Below are positions 9,002 through 20,302 of a DNA stretch of 64,000 nucleotides, one piece after another. Numbering within the stretch: the stretch's first letter is position 1; each line of letters begins with the position of its first letter. The position numbers were made by a program, and so were the translations under genes. The stretch is taken from positions 3,250,134 to 3,314,133 of the forward strand of contig OZ220692.1 in assembly GCA_965116485.1 (NCBI GenBank), written 5' to 3'. This DNA comes from Acidimicrobiales bacterium. Its GTDB lineage: Bacteria; Actinomycetota; Acidimicrobiia; Acidimicrobiales; Aldehydirespiratoraceae. The notes beneath the pieces were generated by a model. The model had not been told where the DNA came from. It searched no databases and saw only the letters and a program-made list of their open reading frames with translations.

Positions 9002-10305
9002 GGCTCGACGTGTTGCTCAGCGGGAGACTCGCAGCGGTGGCGGACCTGCCTTCGGACGGGCCGCCGACCCTGCGCTACCACCCCGACTACGTGGCTGACC
9101 CTTCGGCGACTCCGCTCTCGAGCGGTCTTGTGCCACAGCCCGGAATAGTTGCCGGGGAAGGAGTTGGGAACTGGCTCGCCGGGCTGCTGCCCGACGATCC
9201 ACGGGTTCTCGCTGCGCTGCTGCAGCGTCATCAAATCGACCCGGCGATGCCTTCGCATTTGCTCGGCACGGCGCACGGGTACGACTGTGCCGGTGCTGTG
9301 CAGTTCAGTCGGCCAGACCGCACAGCCGATTTGCTGGCGCGCCAGGGGGGGCTGGACGCACTGGAGGATCACGAGGTATTTTCGTGGCTGCGAGAGATCC
9401 GAACGCGGCCCGAGTACCAGCCGAAGTGGCTGCCGGAGGGATTCGGGGCGAGTCTGCCGGGGGTTCAGCCCAAGCTTGCTCTGCGTTTGGAGGGCGACCA
9501 ATGGCACCTGCCTTGGGGGGCTGAACCGAGCAGCCACATACTCAAGGTGGCGCGCCGTGAGTACGACCATGAGGCGTTGCTTCAACATTTGACCCTGCGT
9601 ATCTCACAACGCATGGGTTCAGCGGTTCCCGACACCAGAGTTCTGCAAGAAGATGATCTTGAGGTTCTCGCTGTGGAGCGCTACGACCGCACTCGAGATT
9701 TTGCCGGTGATCTGGTTCGCTTGCATCAGGAGGACCTGTGCCAAGCACTCGGGCTGGCCCCCGAACAGAAGTTTGAGGCTTTCGGCGGACCCGGCGCCGA
9801 TGATGTGGCGGATCACTTGCGTACCGTGACCGATGCCGATGCGGAGCGCGCGCTTGAAACTTGGCGCGACATGTTGATCCTGCAATGGCTGCTCGCTCAC
9901 AACGACATGCATGGCAAGAACGTGTCGCTGCTTCTCGCCGGTTCAAGGTGTCAGATCGCTCCGTTGTACGACGTGTGCTCGTGGTTGCCGTACAGGGCAG
10001 GATCAGTTGAGGACATCTTGCTGGCGGTGAAGCTCGGGAACAGCCATCGTCTCGCCGAATGCGACACGCCGGACGCGCTGCTGACCTTGGCAGCGAAACT
10101 CAAGGTGCCGGCCAAAGCACTAGCCGAACGATGCGCCGATTTGGCGGTGGCTGTGCCCGGCGCGCTGAGGTTGTCAGTCGCGAGCCTCGACGACCAACAG
10201 CAGAGCCTGCCGATCATTGAGCAGTACATGGATGAGCAAACCAGCCGCTCGAATCATTGTCTTCAGGTCGCCGAGCAAGCGATGTCTGCAGCTCAGGCAA
10301 CTTGA
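8998..10305 (+). CDS. hipA: HipA-family serine/threonine kinase toxin
   Basis: Start is TTG at 8998 or GTG at 9010, in frame with track ORF 8746..10305. Motifs: LSGRLAAV, GVQPKLAL, SHILK and LAHNDMHGKNVSLL. Confidence 0.85.
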   Translation: MRLDVLLSGRLAAVADLPSDGPPTLRYHPDYVADPSATPLSSGLVPQPGIVAGEGVGNWLAGLLPDDPRVLAALLQRHQIDPAMPSHLLGTAHGYDCAGAVQFSRPDRTADLLARQGGLDALEDHEVFSWLREIRTRPEYQPKWLPEGFGASLPGVQPKLALRLEGDQWHLPWGAEPSSHILKVARREYDHEALLQHLTLRISQRMGSAVPDTRVLQEDDLEVLAVERYDRTRDFAGDLVRLHQEDLCQALGLAPEQKFEAFGGPGADDVADHLRTVTDADAERALETWRDMLILQWLLAHNDMHGKNVSLLLAGSRCQIAPLYDVCSWLPYRAGSVEDILLAVKLGNSHRLAECDTPDALLTLAAKLKVPAKALAERCADLAVAVPGALRLSVASLDDQQQSLPIIEQYMDEQTSRSNHCLQVAEQAMSAAQAT

Positions 10306-10756
10306 GCGTGGGCGAACTCTAGTTGTCGGTTCGCGTGAGGTTGTTGGCGCGTGATGCGGGCGGGCCGCTCGGGCCGCGGTCCTCGATGAAACGACTGCCG
10401 CAGTTGTCACAGACCACACGCCGCTGTTTCCACAACAACGTCGTGGCCCGACCCGACACGCCCAGGTCCCGCACCTCGCGCACACGACTGTCATGCACCC
10501 TGTGACACTTGAACCCGCAATCAACGCAACGCGGACGCGTCACAGCCGACTCCACAGCCACCCTCAACTCCTGGGGCGTGTCCACAACCACTTCCAACAC
10601 ACGTACCTGACACAGATGCAACCCCACCCGCATAACATCAACAGCCATCGAAGCCCTCCTGAACCGGCATTATTGCAATCACCGATTCCAGCAGGGCCTC
10701 GACCCCCACTCAGGGACCCTCAACCACCCCCCACCCCACGAATTCGCGAAGACTCG
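10306..10756 (-). mobile_element. ISL3-family IS remnant: terminal inverted repeat plus the first ~105 codons of the transposase
   Basis: ORF 10319..10648 (-) carries the N-terminal zinc-finger region (RPRCVDCGFKCHRVHD...VVCDNCGSRF) and then stops. The outer end on the minus strand reads GAGTCTTCGCGAATTCGTGGGG, which resembles the ISL3 IR GGCTCTTCGC. Confidence 0.7.
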
Positions 10757-10772
10757 ACATTACGGCCATACT

Positions 10773-11960
10773 GTGCCTATGACGATCCGGGTAGACGTAT
10801 CCCCGAGTTTGCTTCGATGGGCTCGGGTGCGGTCGGGTATTGACGACGAGATATGGCCTAAACGTTTCCCCCAGTATGAAACGTGGTTGAGCGAAACGAA
10901 GAGTCCGACCTTAAAACAGGTCGAGGAATTCGCGCGCAAGACTCACACCCCAGTCGGTTACTTCTTCTTGGATGAGCCACCAGTCGAAGACATACCGATT
11001 CCCGACTTCCGTACCGTGGGTGACCGCCCGGTGGCAACGGGACCGCCCGGTTCCCAGCACACCGTGACCGCGACCGCCGATCTTCTCGAAACCGTCTACA
11101 CCTGCCAAGCCCGCCAGGAGTGGTATCGCGATCATCAACTCTTGAACGGTGAAGAACCAATCACCTTCGTCGCTAGCGCGACCCTTGATTCTCCGGCGCA
11201 AGAAGTGGTTGCGGACATGCGCCAAGTTCTCAACTGGACCGCAGACACCCGTCGCCAATGCACGAATTCGGAAAGCGCGCTTACTCGGTTGCGTGAAAAC
11301 GCAGAAGAGGCCGGGGTGTTGGTGATGATCAGCGGAATCGTCGGCTCCAACAGTCACCGCAAACTCAACCCCGTCGAGTTTCGCGGATTTGCACTCGCAG
11401 ACCCCTACGCCCCGGTCGTGTTCGTGAACGGCGCGGATTCCAAGGCGGCCCAGTTGTTCACCCTGGCTCACGAGTTGGCCCACATCTGGCTAGGCGAAAC
11501 AGCCTTGTCCGACCTAGACCCGCGATCCATTCAGCACCATGTGCAGGAGCGCTGGTGCAACCAAGCCGCGGCCGAGATGCTGGTGCCCATGGAAGAGTTC
11601 CGTTCGGCTTTCAGCTCTGGCCAGGACATTCGGGAACAGCTGGGCCCGCTGGCTCGGACGTTCCGAGTCAGCACGCAGGTAGTCCTGGTGCGCATGCGTG
11701 AAGCTGGCGCATTGAACTGGGAAGAGTTCATGGACGAGATGCAGGTCGAACGCGAGCGGATCGCCGAGATCCTCGAACAGCGTGGCACCGGAGGCAACTT
11801 CTACAACACCAAACCGGTCCAAGTCGGCAAACGATTTGCGCGCGAACTGATCGCCAGCACCCTCGAAGGTCGGACCACCTACTCCGAGGCCTTCCGGCTC
11901 CTGAATCTCAAGAAGACCGCCACGTTCGAGGGGCTCGGCCAACAACTCGGAGTGCTGTAG
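10773..11960 (+). CDS. ImmA/IrrE-family metallopeptidase with an N-terminal HTH-like region
   Basis: 395 aa with the HEXXH motif in FTLAHELAHIWLGE. This type is typically paired with a DUF4411 gene, which follows here. Confidence 0.8.
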   Translation: MPMTIRVDVSPSLLRWARVRSGIDDEIWPKRFPQYETWLSETKSPTLKQVEEFARKTHTPVGYFFLDEPPVEDIPIPDFRTVGDRPVATGPPGSQHTVTATADLLETVYTCQARQEWYRDHQLLNGEEPITFVASATLDSPAQEVVADMRQVLNWTADTRRQCTNSESALTRLRENAEEAGVLVMISGIVGSNSHRKLNPVEFRGFALADPYAPVVFVNGADSKAAQLFTLAHELAHIWLGETALSDLDPRSIQHHVQERWCNQAAAEMLVPMEEFRSAFSSGQDIREQLGPLARTFRVSTQVVLVRMREAGALNWEEFMDEMQVERERIAEILEQRGTGGNFYNTKPVQVGKRFARELIASTLEGRTTYSEAFRLLNLKKTATFEGLGQQLGVL

Positions 11961-12205
11961 TGGCCTATTTGCTCGATTCGGACGTGTTCATCCGCGCCAA
12001 GAACGACCATTTTGGCTTCGATTTTTGCCCCGCGTTCTGGGATTGGTTGGTGCTAGCTCACTACGAGGACACCGTCGCGAGCGTCGAAGCGGTGTATCGA
12101 GAACTAATGGAGCTCTTCGCGTTTGAGGTCGGAGTCGGGGTTGTGGGGTGTCCGCGGTCAGTTGGGCGGGATCCTCCAGAATCGAGGCCGGTTCGCTTCG
12201 CTTAG
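11960..12205 (+). pseudogene. DUF4411 (PIN-like) gene truncated after ~50 codons by an IS end
   Basis: MAYLLDSDVFIRAKNDHFGFDFCPAFWDWL... is a DUF4411-type N-terminus. From ~12110 the reading frame runs through ISL3 terminal sequence (ELFAFEVGVGVVGC...). Confidence 0.7.
12110..12190 (+). mobile_element. Solo ISL3 terminal fragment (~80 bp)
   Basis: agctcttcgcgtttgaggtcggagtcggggttgtggggtg...gggcgggatcctccagaatcg is near-identical to the IS end at 52421-52500. Confidence 0.8.
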
Positions 12206-12597
12206 GCCCATATGACATCCACCTCGTACCGATCGAACGATTTGTCAGATGTCAATACTGCAACGTCGAGTTCTAGCGCCTGCGCGATGAGCAGCCGATC
12301 GAAGGGGTCGCGATGGTGCATCGGAAGGTTCCCCGCGTGAAGCGTGTGTAAGTGCTCGATCGCTATCGCGGTGAGCGCGGTGGCAGCGATTCTGCTCGGA
12401 ACGTAGATCACAGGAGGTTCGGGAAGGTGCAGCCGCCCCGTAGCGTGCTTGATCGCGATCTCCCATGACGAGACGGCCGAGAACAGCAGTTCCTCAGCCG
12501 GATCGACGATAATCGACTTCGCAAGCTCAGAGAGTCGTTGAGGCGCGGCGTTCATCCACAGGAACACTTGCGTGTCCAACAGGACAGCCAACGTCAC
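12202..12597 (-). CDS. vapC: VapC-family PIN-domain toxin
   Basis: 131 aa with LLDTQVFLW, SAVSSWEIAIKHATGRL and HHRDPFDRLLIAQA. Confidence 0.85.
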   Translation of the reverse strand: MTLAVLLDTQVFLWMNAAPQRLSELAKSIIVDPAEELLFSAVSSWEIAIKHATGRLHLPEPPVIYVPSRIAATALTAIAIEHLHTLHAGNLPMHHRDPFDRLLIAQALELDVAVLTSDKSFDRYEVDVIWA

Positions 12598-12827
12598 CTT
12601 CCTTCGAAGGAGTCGAGCAGGTCGTCTGGAAGGGGTTCGTTGAAGTCTTCGGGCACCTCGAACCGCCCGATGTCGATGCCCAGCTCACGCGGCTCCCGGA
12701 GTGCCGCCGACACAAGTTTCGCCACAGGGGTGCCTCCCCTGGTTATGACGACTTCTTCTCCAGCGTTCACCTTCTGGATGAGTTTCGAGAGCGTCGTCTT
12801 GGCTTCGTGCACTCCTACAGCAACCAT
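12594..12827 (-). CDS. Phd/YefM-type antitoxin
   Basis: 77 aa, MVAVGVHEAKTTLSKLIQKVNAGEEVVITRGGTPVAKLV. It overlaps the vapC start by 4 nt. Confidence 0.85.
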   Translation of the reverse strand: MVAVGVHEAKTTLSKLIQKVNAGEEVVITRGGTPVAKLVSAALREPRELGIDIGRFEVPEDFNEPLPDDLLDSFEGR

Positions 12828-13241
12828 GACGACACCTTACCAGCGTTCGCAGCGCATAGCTAGCTCATTAGCTAAGGACACCCCGAACGGGGCGCCAAAC
12901 CAACGGGGCACCCCAAGGGCAGTGGACGCGAACTACTGATCATTGTTCTGAGGACCGAGGGGGGTATCGATCGCCGCAGCGCGTCGGTTAGCCTGAGTGA
13001 GCCGCTAGACGCTCCGGTTGACAACACACACGACTGGTTCTGGGCAAACAACATGCCCGTTCAGCGGTTGCGCCACCTGATGTCCGATTGCCCGCTTACG
13101 CGACAATCAATTCCAACGATATGGATGGTGAACCTCATCGGTCTACCGTGGGTTACCGTAGATGGCGAGACGGATGCCACCACAAGACTCGTAGGGACGA
13201 CATTTCCCCTACTCTCAAAGCAAACGTCTATGGATACAACA

Positions 13242-14132
13242 TCAGATACAGATATTTCCAACGAGCCGGAAAAGTGCGTCTTGGTCGGGGGGGAGACCTG
13301 TTGGACGGCCCTCTGACTTGGCTCGCACGGGGTCGAAGTCGATGAACCAGGACTTTAACAGAGCATGAGCGAGGTCCTCCAAGGTCTTGCTCATGCGCCG
13401 ATTCAACTCGATCTTGTCATCCAAAGCTCCTAAGGTCCCAGAGATTCGCCGCTGTTCCTCAATCGGCGGTACGCGAATCTGAAGAGAATGCGCATTGTTG
13501 CGGTTCAGCCCAGGTACAGCGCGATCAGAATTCATTTGATCTAAACCGAGTTTGCTCAATGAAAAATATTTGAAACGCGCAATTTCAGGATCGGACTCTT
13601 CATGAAAGAAAGTTGTGTCGATAGGCCAACAAGGCACCGGTGAATAACTAATCGAGCCGACTGAACCTTTGCGTCCCACTACAATTGTGCGTCCTTTCGT
13701 CAAGGCTTTGTCATGGTATCCGATTATTCCATTAGAGCCATACACCGGAACGCCGCCACATGAATTTCGATCGCTCTTCTTTAGCGCCTTACCATAACTT
13801 AGTGGAGCAAACTGAATCAATGTCGACGATGGTCCATCTGTATGACGGTCTTGGATTGTCACAAATTGGTTGGCGATTTCTTGGCGAAAGGTCTCAGGGA
13901 TCGAGTGCCAGTCCATCACATCCACCGAAAATGGCAAGTCTGACTCTTCAAACGCTTCACGTAATGATGCTAAGATCATCGGATCCAGTGGTTCTGGTCC
14001 AACAACCGCCAAATCAAGATCTGAAGCATCCTTCGCCGACCAATTGACGCGCGACCCGTAAGCACGAACCGTATAGTCTGGAACGTATTCTTCCAGCACC
14101 TCCAGAACCATCACCAAATGGTCCGGACGCAT
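13242..14132 (-). CDS. hsdS: MNT-type nucleotidyltransferase domain fused in frame to a single-TRD, C-terminally truncated type I specificity subunit (HsdS)
   Basis: N-terminus has YGSRVNWSAKDASDLDLAVVG...ESDLPFSVDVMDWHSI (minimal NTase). It is followed by a TRD and the central conserved region LGALDDKIELNRRMSKTLEDLAHALLKSWFIDFDPVRAKSEGR, ending just where a second TRD should begin. ATG at 14132 lies 1 nt after the HEPN stop. Confidence 0.7.
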   Translation of the reverse strand: MRPDHLVMVLEVLEEYVPDYTVRAYGSRVNWSAKDASDLDLAVVGPEPLDPMILASLREAFEESDLPFSVDVMDWHSIPETFRQEIANQFVTIQDRHTDGPSSTLIQFAPLSYGKALKKSDRNSCGGVPVYGSNGIIGYHDKALTKGRTIVVGRKGSVGSISYSPVPCWPIDTTFFHEESDPEIARFKYFSLSKLGLDQMNSDRAVPGLNRNNAHSLQIRVPPIEEQRRISGTLGALDDKIELNRRMSKTLEDLAHALLKSWFIDFDPVRAKSEGRPTGLPPDQDALFRLVGNICI

Positions 14133-14133
14133 A

Positions 14134-14556
14134 TCAATCAGTGGCGAGTTCAAGCTTCTCAACCAAGTACTTTGCGTCATCGATAAAACCGTTGACAGTT
14201 GACGTTACGAAGTTCGCTATCGCTTCACTGTATTCATGTGTCGTCGAAATTCGTAGTTTGTGATGTTCCAGCCAATCCTCCGCGTCGGCAATAAGATGCT
14301 GCTCGGCAGCCAGGCGAAAAAGTGCCTTACGGGTGGTAGGGATCGGAAGAGGGACAAGTCCCGCCTCTTCAAGCCACCGTTTCATCAGTTTCCAAGACAA
14401 CTCGTATGTGATATCGAAGTTCTTGATGACACCCGCGCGCAGGCCATCCTTCTCGATGTCCGTGAATAGCGCCATCCGTATCTGGTCGGTCGTAACGGCC
14501 GCTAGGTTCGCGAGGTTTTCGACCGAACTGCGGAGCGAATCGACTTGGATGGTCAC
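14134..14556 (-). CDS. HEPN-domain protein (HI0074-family nucleotidyltransferase substrate-binding protein)
   Basis: 140 aa with GVIKNFDITYELSWKLMKRWLE and RKALFRLAAEQHLI, followed by the cognate MNT domain. Confidence 0.8.
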   Translation of the reverse strand: MTIQVDSLRSSVENLANLAAVTTDQIRMALFTDIEKDGLRAGVIKNFDITYELSWKLMKRWLEEAGLVPLPIPTTRKALFRLAAEQHLIADAEDWLEHHKLRISTTHEYSEAIANFVTSTVNGFIDDAKYLVEKLELATD

Positions 14557-14565
14557 GAGGCAACC

Positions 14566-16188
<1,623 letters not shown>

Positions 16189-16452
16189 GCGTCCTCACCT
16201 CCCGGCCCCTACCGTCGTAGCCACGTTACTTCTCGTTGGTTGTACGAAGTGTAGATTGCATGTGTGACAACTCATGTGCCGACGCGTTTCAGCGGTGAGG
16301 ACGGCAACGAAATCGGAGAGAGAATCGCCGAGTCGTTCGGGCTCCAACCGCAATCGGCCGAAGAAGAGACTTTCGCCACGTCCAATGCCATCGCGATGAC
16401 GGAAGCCGAATCTTGGTAGCACAAGGTTTGGGCGCTGAGGCGGCCGCCGACT

Positions 16453-18108
16453 TCAGAGAAGTGTGTCTTCGTAGATCTGGATGGTGCCGCCGTATGTGGC
16501 AACCCAGACTCGTCGAGTCTGCGGGTCGTAGGTGATGCCGATCGGGCGGTCGGGCGTGGCGATCCTCTGCAATTCGACCATGTCGGAGGTGCGCACTTTG
16601 CTGAAGGTGTCGGAGTGATAGTTGACAACGAAGATTGCAGTGCCGTCATCGCTGATGCTCATCGACCGTGGTCCTACTCCCGTGGCAGCCCTGCCGACCA
16701 CGGCTTTGCTCTCCAGGTCGATCTTCACCACGCCGCCGCCGTGGTTGAGGGTGGCGAACAGATAGCGGTCGTCGGCGCTGAGCACCAGAGACCGAGGACT
16801 CGTGCCGACTTCTGTGATCCACTCGAGCGGCGCGCCCAGGTTGTCGAGGTCGACCACTGCTATGTCACGACTGCCCATGACCGCGATGTAGGCCGTGGAA
16901 GAGTCGCTGGTCACCGCGATGCCCCGAGGGAAGCGTCCGACCGGCACACGGGCCGACTCCGTCCCGGTAAAGACGTCGACGACGCTGAGGTCGTAACCGC
17001 ACCAGTTGGTGACCAGGACCTTGGTGTCGTCGGGTGTGACGGCCACGAACTTCGGCACCGGCCCCACTCCGATGACCTGCTCGATGGTGAGTGACTCAAC
17101 GTCGATCCGGTACAGAAAGCTGCTGTCCCACGTACCGGACGAGCACGAATCTCCGCCGGGCCGGTCATAGCCCGGGCCGTACATCTGATAGTTCGACACG
17201 TAGGCGTAGCGGCCGTCGGATGTGAACGCAGCCTCCACCGGGGAACCCAGATAGGCCGTGCCGGGGTTGGCACCGGCGACACCGAACTCTGAGAGCACCA
17301 CTTGATCGCTGATCGTTCCCACCAGTGACAAAGACCTGTCGTACACGGTGATCGTGTGTCGGTACATCATGTTCTGGGCGAAGAACAGATCGACCCCGGA
17401 GAACACCACAGACTTGGGAGTGATCGCCCCTCTTATCTCGCCGACGTGGGTCAGGGTCAGAACATCTGAAGGCGGATTGCATCTCGGGCTGTCGGGATCC
17501 AATTCCACGGCAGGACTTCGGTTGTAGCGGTACAGGAAGGTCGCGAGTTGACCGCGGGTAATCGTGTCGTCGGGGGAGAACGTGGTGGCGCTTGTGCCCG
17601 TGGTGATCGATTCGGCGACCATCCACGCGACCGGCTGTTGCTGCTCGGGGTCCGTGACATCGCTGAACGGGTGCATTTGCGCCGCTGGTTGTCCGGCTAC
17701 TTGATGCAACATGGCTGCGAACTCGCCACGGGAAAGGGCCTTGTCGGGATGGAACGCGGTCCGGGTCGCGCCGACGACAGGTCCCAAGCCGGCCAGCCAG
17801 GAGATCGCCCCTTGCTGGTAGTGGGCGACGGCATCGTCGAATCCGTGCGCTCCAGCGTCGGGTTCACCCTCCATGCGCCACAGGAACGTCGCGGCCTGAC
17901 CGCGGGTTACCGGGTCGTCGGGGGAGAAACACGCCTCTGAAGTCCCTGTGGTGATGCCGTTGTCGACCATCCATTGCACGGCATGCGCGAAATATCGGGC
18001 CTCATCAACGTCACCGAATCCGGCTACTCCCTGTGCCGGTGACGGAGCGGCGACCACGCCACCAACCAGCAACGCGGCGGTCAGACCAAGCAGAAAGCCC
18101 CGCACCAC
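16453..18108 (-). CDS. Secreted protein with three SLH (S-layer homology) repeats and a C-terminal YVTN-type beta-propeller
   Basis: Signal-peptide-like N-terminus. A motif of the form FxDV...W(M)V..GITTGTS...FSPDD.(V/I)TRGQ(A/L)ATFL(W/Y)R occurs three times. The C-terminal half is rich in repeated (Y/F)V(T/S/V)N blades. Confidence 0.75.
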   Translation of the reverse strand: MVRGFLLGLTAALLVGGVVAAPSPAQGVAGFGDVDEARYFAHAVQWMVDNGITTGTSEACFSPDDPVTRGQAATFLWRMEGEPDAGAHGFDDAVAHYQQGAISWLAGLGPVVGATRTAFHPDKALSRGEFAAMLHQVAGQPAAQMHPFSDVTDPEQQQPVAWMVAESITTGTSATTFSPDDTITRGQLATFLYRYNRSPAVELDPDSPRCNPPSDVLTLTHVGEIRGAITPKSVVFSGVDLFFAQNMMYRHTITVYDRSLSLVGTISDQVVLSEFGVAGANPGTAYLGSPVEAAFTSDGRYAYVSNYQMYGPGYDRPGGDSCSSGTWDSSFLYRIDVESLTIEQVIGVGPVPKFVAVTPDDTKVLVTNWCGYDLSVVDVFTGTESARVPVGRFPRGIAVTSDSSTAYIAVMGSRDIAVVDLDNLGAPLEWITEVGTSPRSLVLSADDRYLFATLNHGGGVVKIDLESKAVVGRAATGVGPRSMSISDDGTAIFVVNYHSDTFSKVRTSDMVELQRIATPDRPIGITYDPQTRRVWVATYGGTIQIYEDTLL

Positions 18109-18206
18109 CCGAGCTTACAGTCTGCGCGAACCGGCCATCAATGCCAGACTCCAACGCCGCTGAAGACCACTGGTGATCATCATGTCGTTCGCACCGGTGC
18201 TTCGGT

Positions 18207-19688
18207 TTATTGGGCTTGGTGGGCGAGACCAGCTGCCACACGGTAGCGATCCCGCACGTTCGTGGCATCGGTGGCGGGGTCGATGCTCATACCCTCGCCA
18301 AGGTTCCACGCTTGCGCCACAGCGCCTAGGGGGCTGTCAGTGCTGATCGCCGCGGCTTGGAGCGCCGCGCCGACAGCCACGGTCTCGTCGTCGTCCGGCA
18401 CAGTCACCGGGGCACCGCCAAGGTCGGCCGCTCGCTGACGGTAGGCAGCCGAGCGCGAGCCGCCACCGATCAGCAGCAATCGGCCTGACGTATCGACTCC
18501 CGCCGCTGTCAGCGCGTCGTAACCGGCGAGCAGCCCGCACAGCACACCATCGTGGGCGGCAAGGGCCAGATCCTCCCGGCTCGTGTCGTTGCGAAGACCC
18601 GCGAACAGGCCGCTCGCTGCGGGCAGGTTGGGGGTGCGTTCGCCGTCGAAATACGGAATCAGCACCGGTGGTTCCTCCTGCGGTGCGGCGTCCAGTGCGA
18701 GAGTGGACAAACCGGCAGCATCGACCCCCAGCCAGCGAGCGACCGTGTCGGTGACCTTGGTGGCGTTGAGCGTGCACACGAGCGGCAGGAAATTGCCCGA
18801 GGCGTCGGCGAAACCGGCGACCGCCCCCGACTCATCGGCCGTCGCGGTCGACGACACCGCATAAACAGTGCCGGAAGTACCGAGCGAGATCACCACATCG
18901 CCGGGTTTCAGGCCGAGTCCGAGCGCAGCACCCATGTTGTCGCCGCTTCCGGGACCGACGACCACCCCCGAACCGAGTCCCAGCTGCGACGCCGCGTCGC
19001 CGCTCACCTCGCCCGCCGCGACATCGGGCGCAAGCACTTCGGGAAGCTTCGACTGCCATGAGGCTCCGTGCCCGACCCCCGCTCGTTCGAGCAGGTCGCT
19101 TCGGTAGACGTTGGCGCTCGGATCGAACCAGCCCGTGCCGGACGCATCACCTCGATCGGTCACATGCCGACCGGTCAAACGCCAGGTCAGGTAGTCGTGA
19201 GGGAGCATGATCTGAGCTGTTCGGTCGACAAGTTCAGGTTCGTGCTCGATCACCCAGGCCAATTTGGTGACGGTGAACGACGACACCGGCACGGAACCGC
19301 ATGCCTGGGTCCAGCCTGCTGCCCCGTATTCGGCGACCAGCCGCTCGGCTTGGGGTGCCGAGGTCGTGTCGTTCCACAGCTTCGCGGGTCGCAGCGGCAC
19401 ACCCGAGTCGTCGAGCAGCACCAGACCGTGCTGCTGTCCCGCGACGCTGATCGCGACGACATCCCGGCTGTGGCTCGACAACTGGGCGAAACACTCCACC
19501 AACGCTGCCCACCAGGACTCGGGGTGTTGTTCGCTCACCGGTGGAGATGTGGACCGATGTGGCGCTGTCGCACGCGCTACGAGCACTCCCGAGTCGATGT
19601 CACGGAGCTCCACCTTCGTGGACTGCGTCGAGGAATCAACCCCCGCCGCCAGTGTCCGCGGGGCTCGCGGCACTACGAAACACTCCAA
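18207..19688 (-). CDS. xylB: Xylulokinase (FGGY carbohydrate kinase)
   Basis: 493 aa, AGVDSSTQSTKV...ISVAGQQHGLV...LGTSGTVYA...LIGGGSRSAAYRQ. It lies immediately downstream of the xylA remnant. Confidence 0.85.
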   Translation of the reverse strand: MECFVVPRAPRTLAAGVDSSTQSTKVELRDIDSGVLVARATAPHRSTSPPVSEQHPESWWAALVECFAQLSSHSRDVVAISVAGQQHGLVLLDDSGVPLRPAKLWNDTTSAPQAERLVAEYGAAGWTQACGSVPVSSFTVTKLAWVIEHEPELVDRTAQIMLPHDYLTWRLTGRHVTDRGDASGTGWFDPSANVYRSDLLERAGVGHGASWQSKLPEVLAPDVAAGEVSGDAASQLGLGSGVVVGPGSGDNMGAALGLGLKPGDVVISLGTSGTVYAVSSTATADESGAVAGFADASGNFLPLVCTLNATKVTDTVARWLGVDAAGLSTLALDAAPQEEPPVLIPYFDGERTPNLPAASGLFAGLRNDTSREDLALAAHDGVLCGLLAGYDALTAAGVDTSGRLLLIGGGSRSAAYRQRAADLGGAPVTVPDDDETVAVGAALQAAAISTDSPLGAVAQAWNLGEGMSIDPATDATNVRDRYRVAAGLAHQAQ

Positions 19689-20254
19689 ACATGGCGGTTG
19701 ACCTCATTCTCGAGATGCTCTTGGCGCCCCGATCTGGGTACGGGGTCGATGTTGTTCTCAGTGGCACGGTCGGCCAGGGTCGCCAGGTAGAGCGATCCCC
19801 CGAGGATGTCGCGCCCCAGATCTCGGCCCCAGCCCTCATAGCGGGCGTCGCGAGCCGCTTCGACGCCGCCGTCGTTGATCATCGACTCCGCCACCAGCAA
19901 GGACCGGGCCAACGTGTCAATTCCGCCGACATGGCCGTGGAACAGGTCGGTGCGATCCACACTCTGACGGCGCAGCTTGGTGTCGAACAGGAACCCGCCC
20001 GTCTCGAACCCGCCGCCGAGCACGATCTCGTACAGCGCCAGCGACATCTCGTCGACCGAGTTGGGGAACTGGTCGGTGTCCCAGCCGTTCTGGGGGTCGC
20101 CGCGGTTGGCGTCGATGCTGCTTCTCAGGTGCTCCTCCATGCGCTTCCCGAGGACCAGGCGGTTCGGGTCGTACACCTGGTAGGCCAGGCATCCATCGGG
20201 AGTGCCGGTACCGGCGAACGGGATCGGATCGGCAACGTCAGCAAAGAAGGTCAT
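19673..20254 (-). pseudogene. xylA: Xylose isomerase with a large in-frame internal deletion (193 aa instead of ~440)
   Basis: N-terminal YDPNRLVLGKRMEEHLR joins directly to SSIDANRGDPQNGWDTDQFPNSV...TGG...RRQS...SGRQEHLEN. From memory of E. coli XylA these correspond to residues ~30-44 and ~293-440. Confidence 0.8.
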
Positions 20255-20302
20255 CGTGATCTCTCTCTCATCGGTCTGTTCGGGTTCTTCGATCTTCTAG
20301 GT

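Noticed and set aside
12857-12875. Short palindromes TAGCTAGCT / TTAGCTAA upstream of phd-vapC as an antitoxin operator.
   Set aside because: This is plausible, but the palindromes are only 8 bp and imperfectly arranged. The support is too weak to list as a feature.
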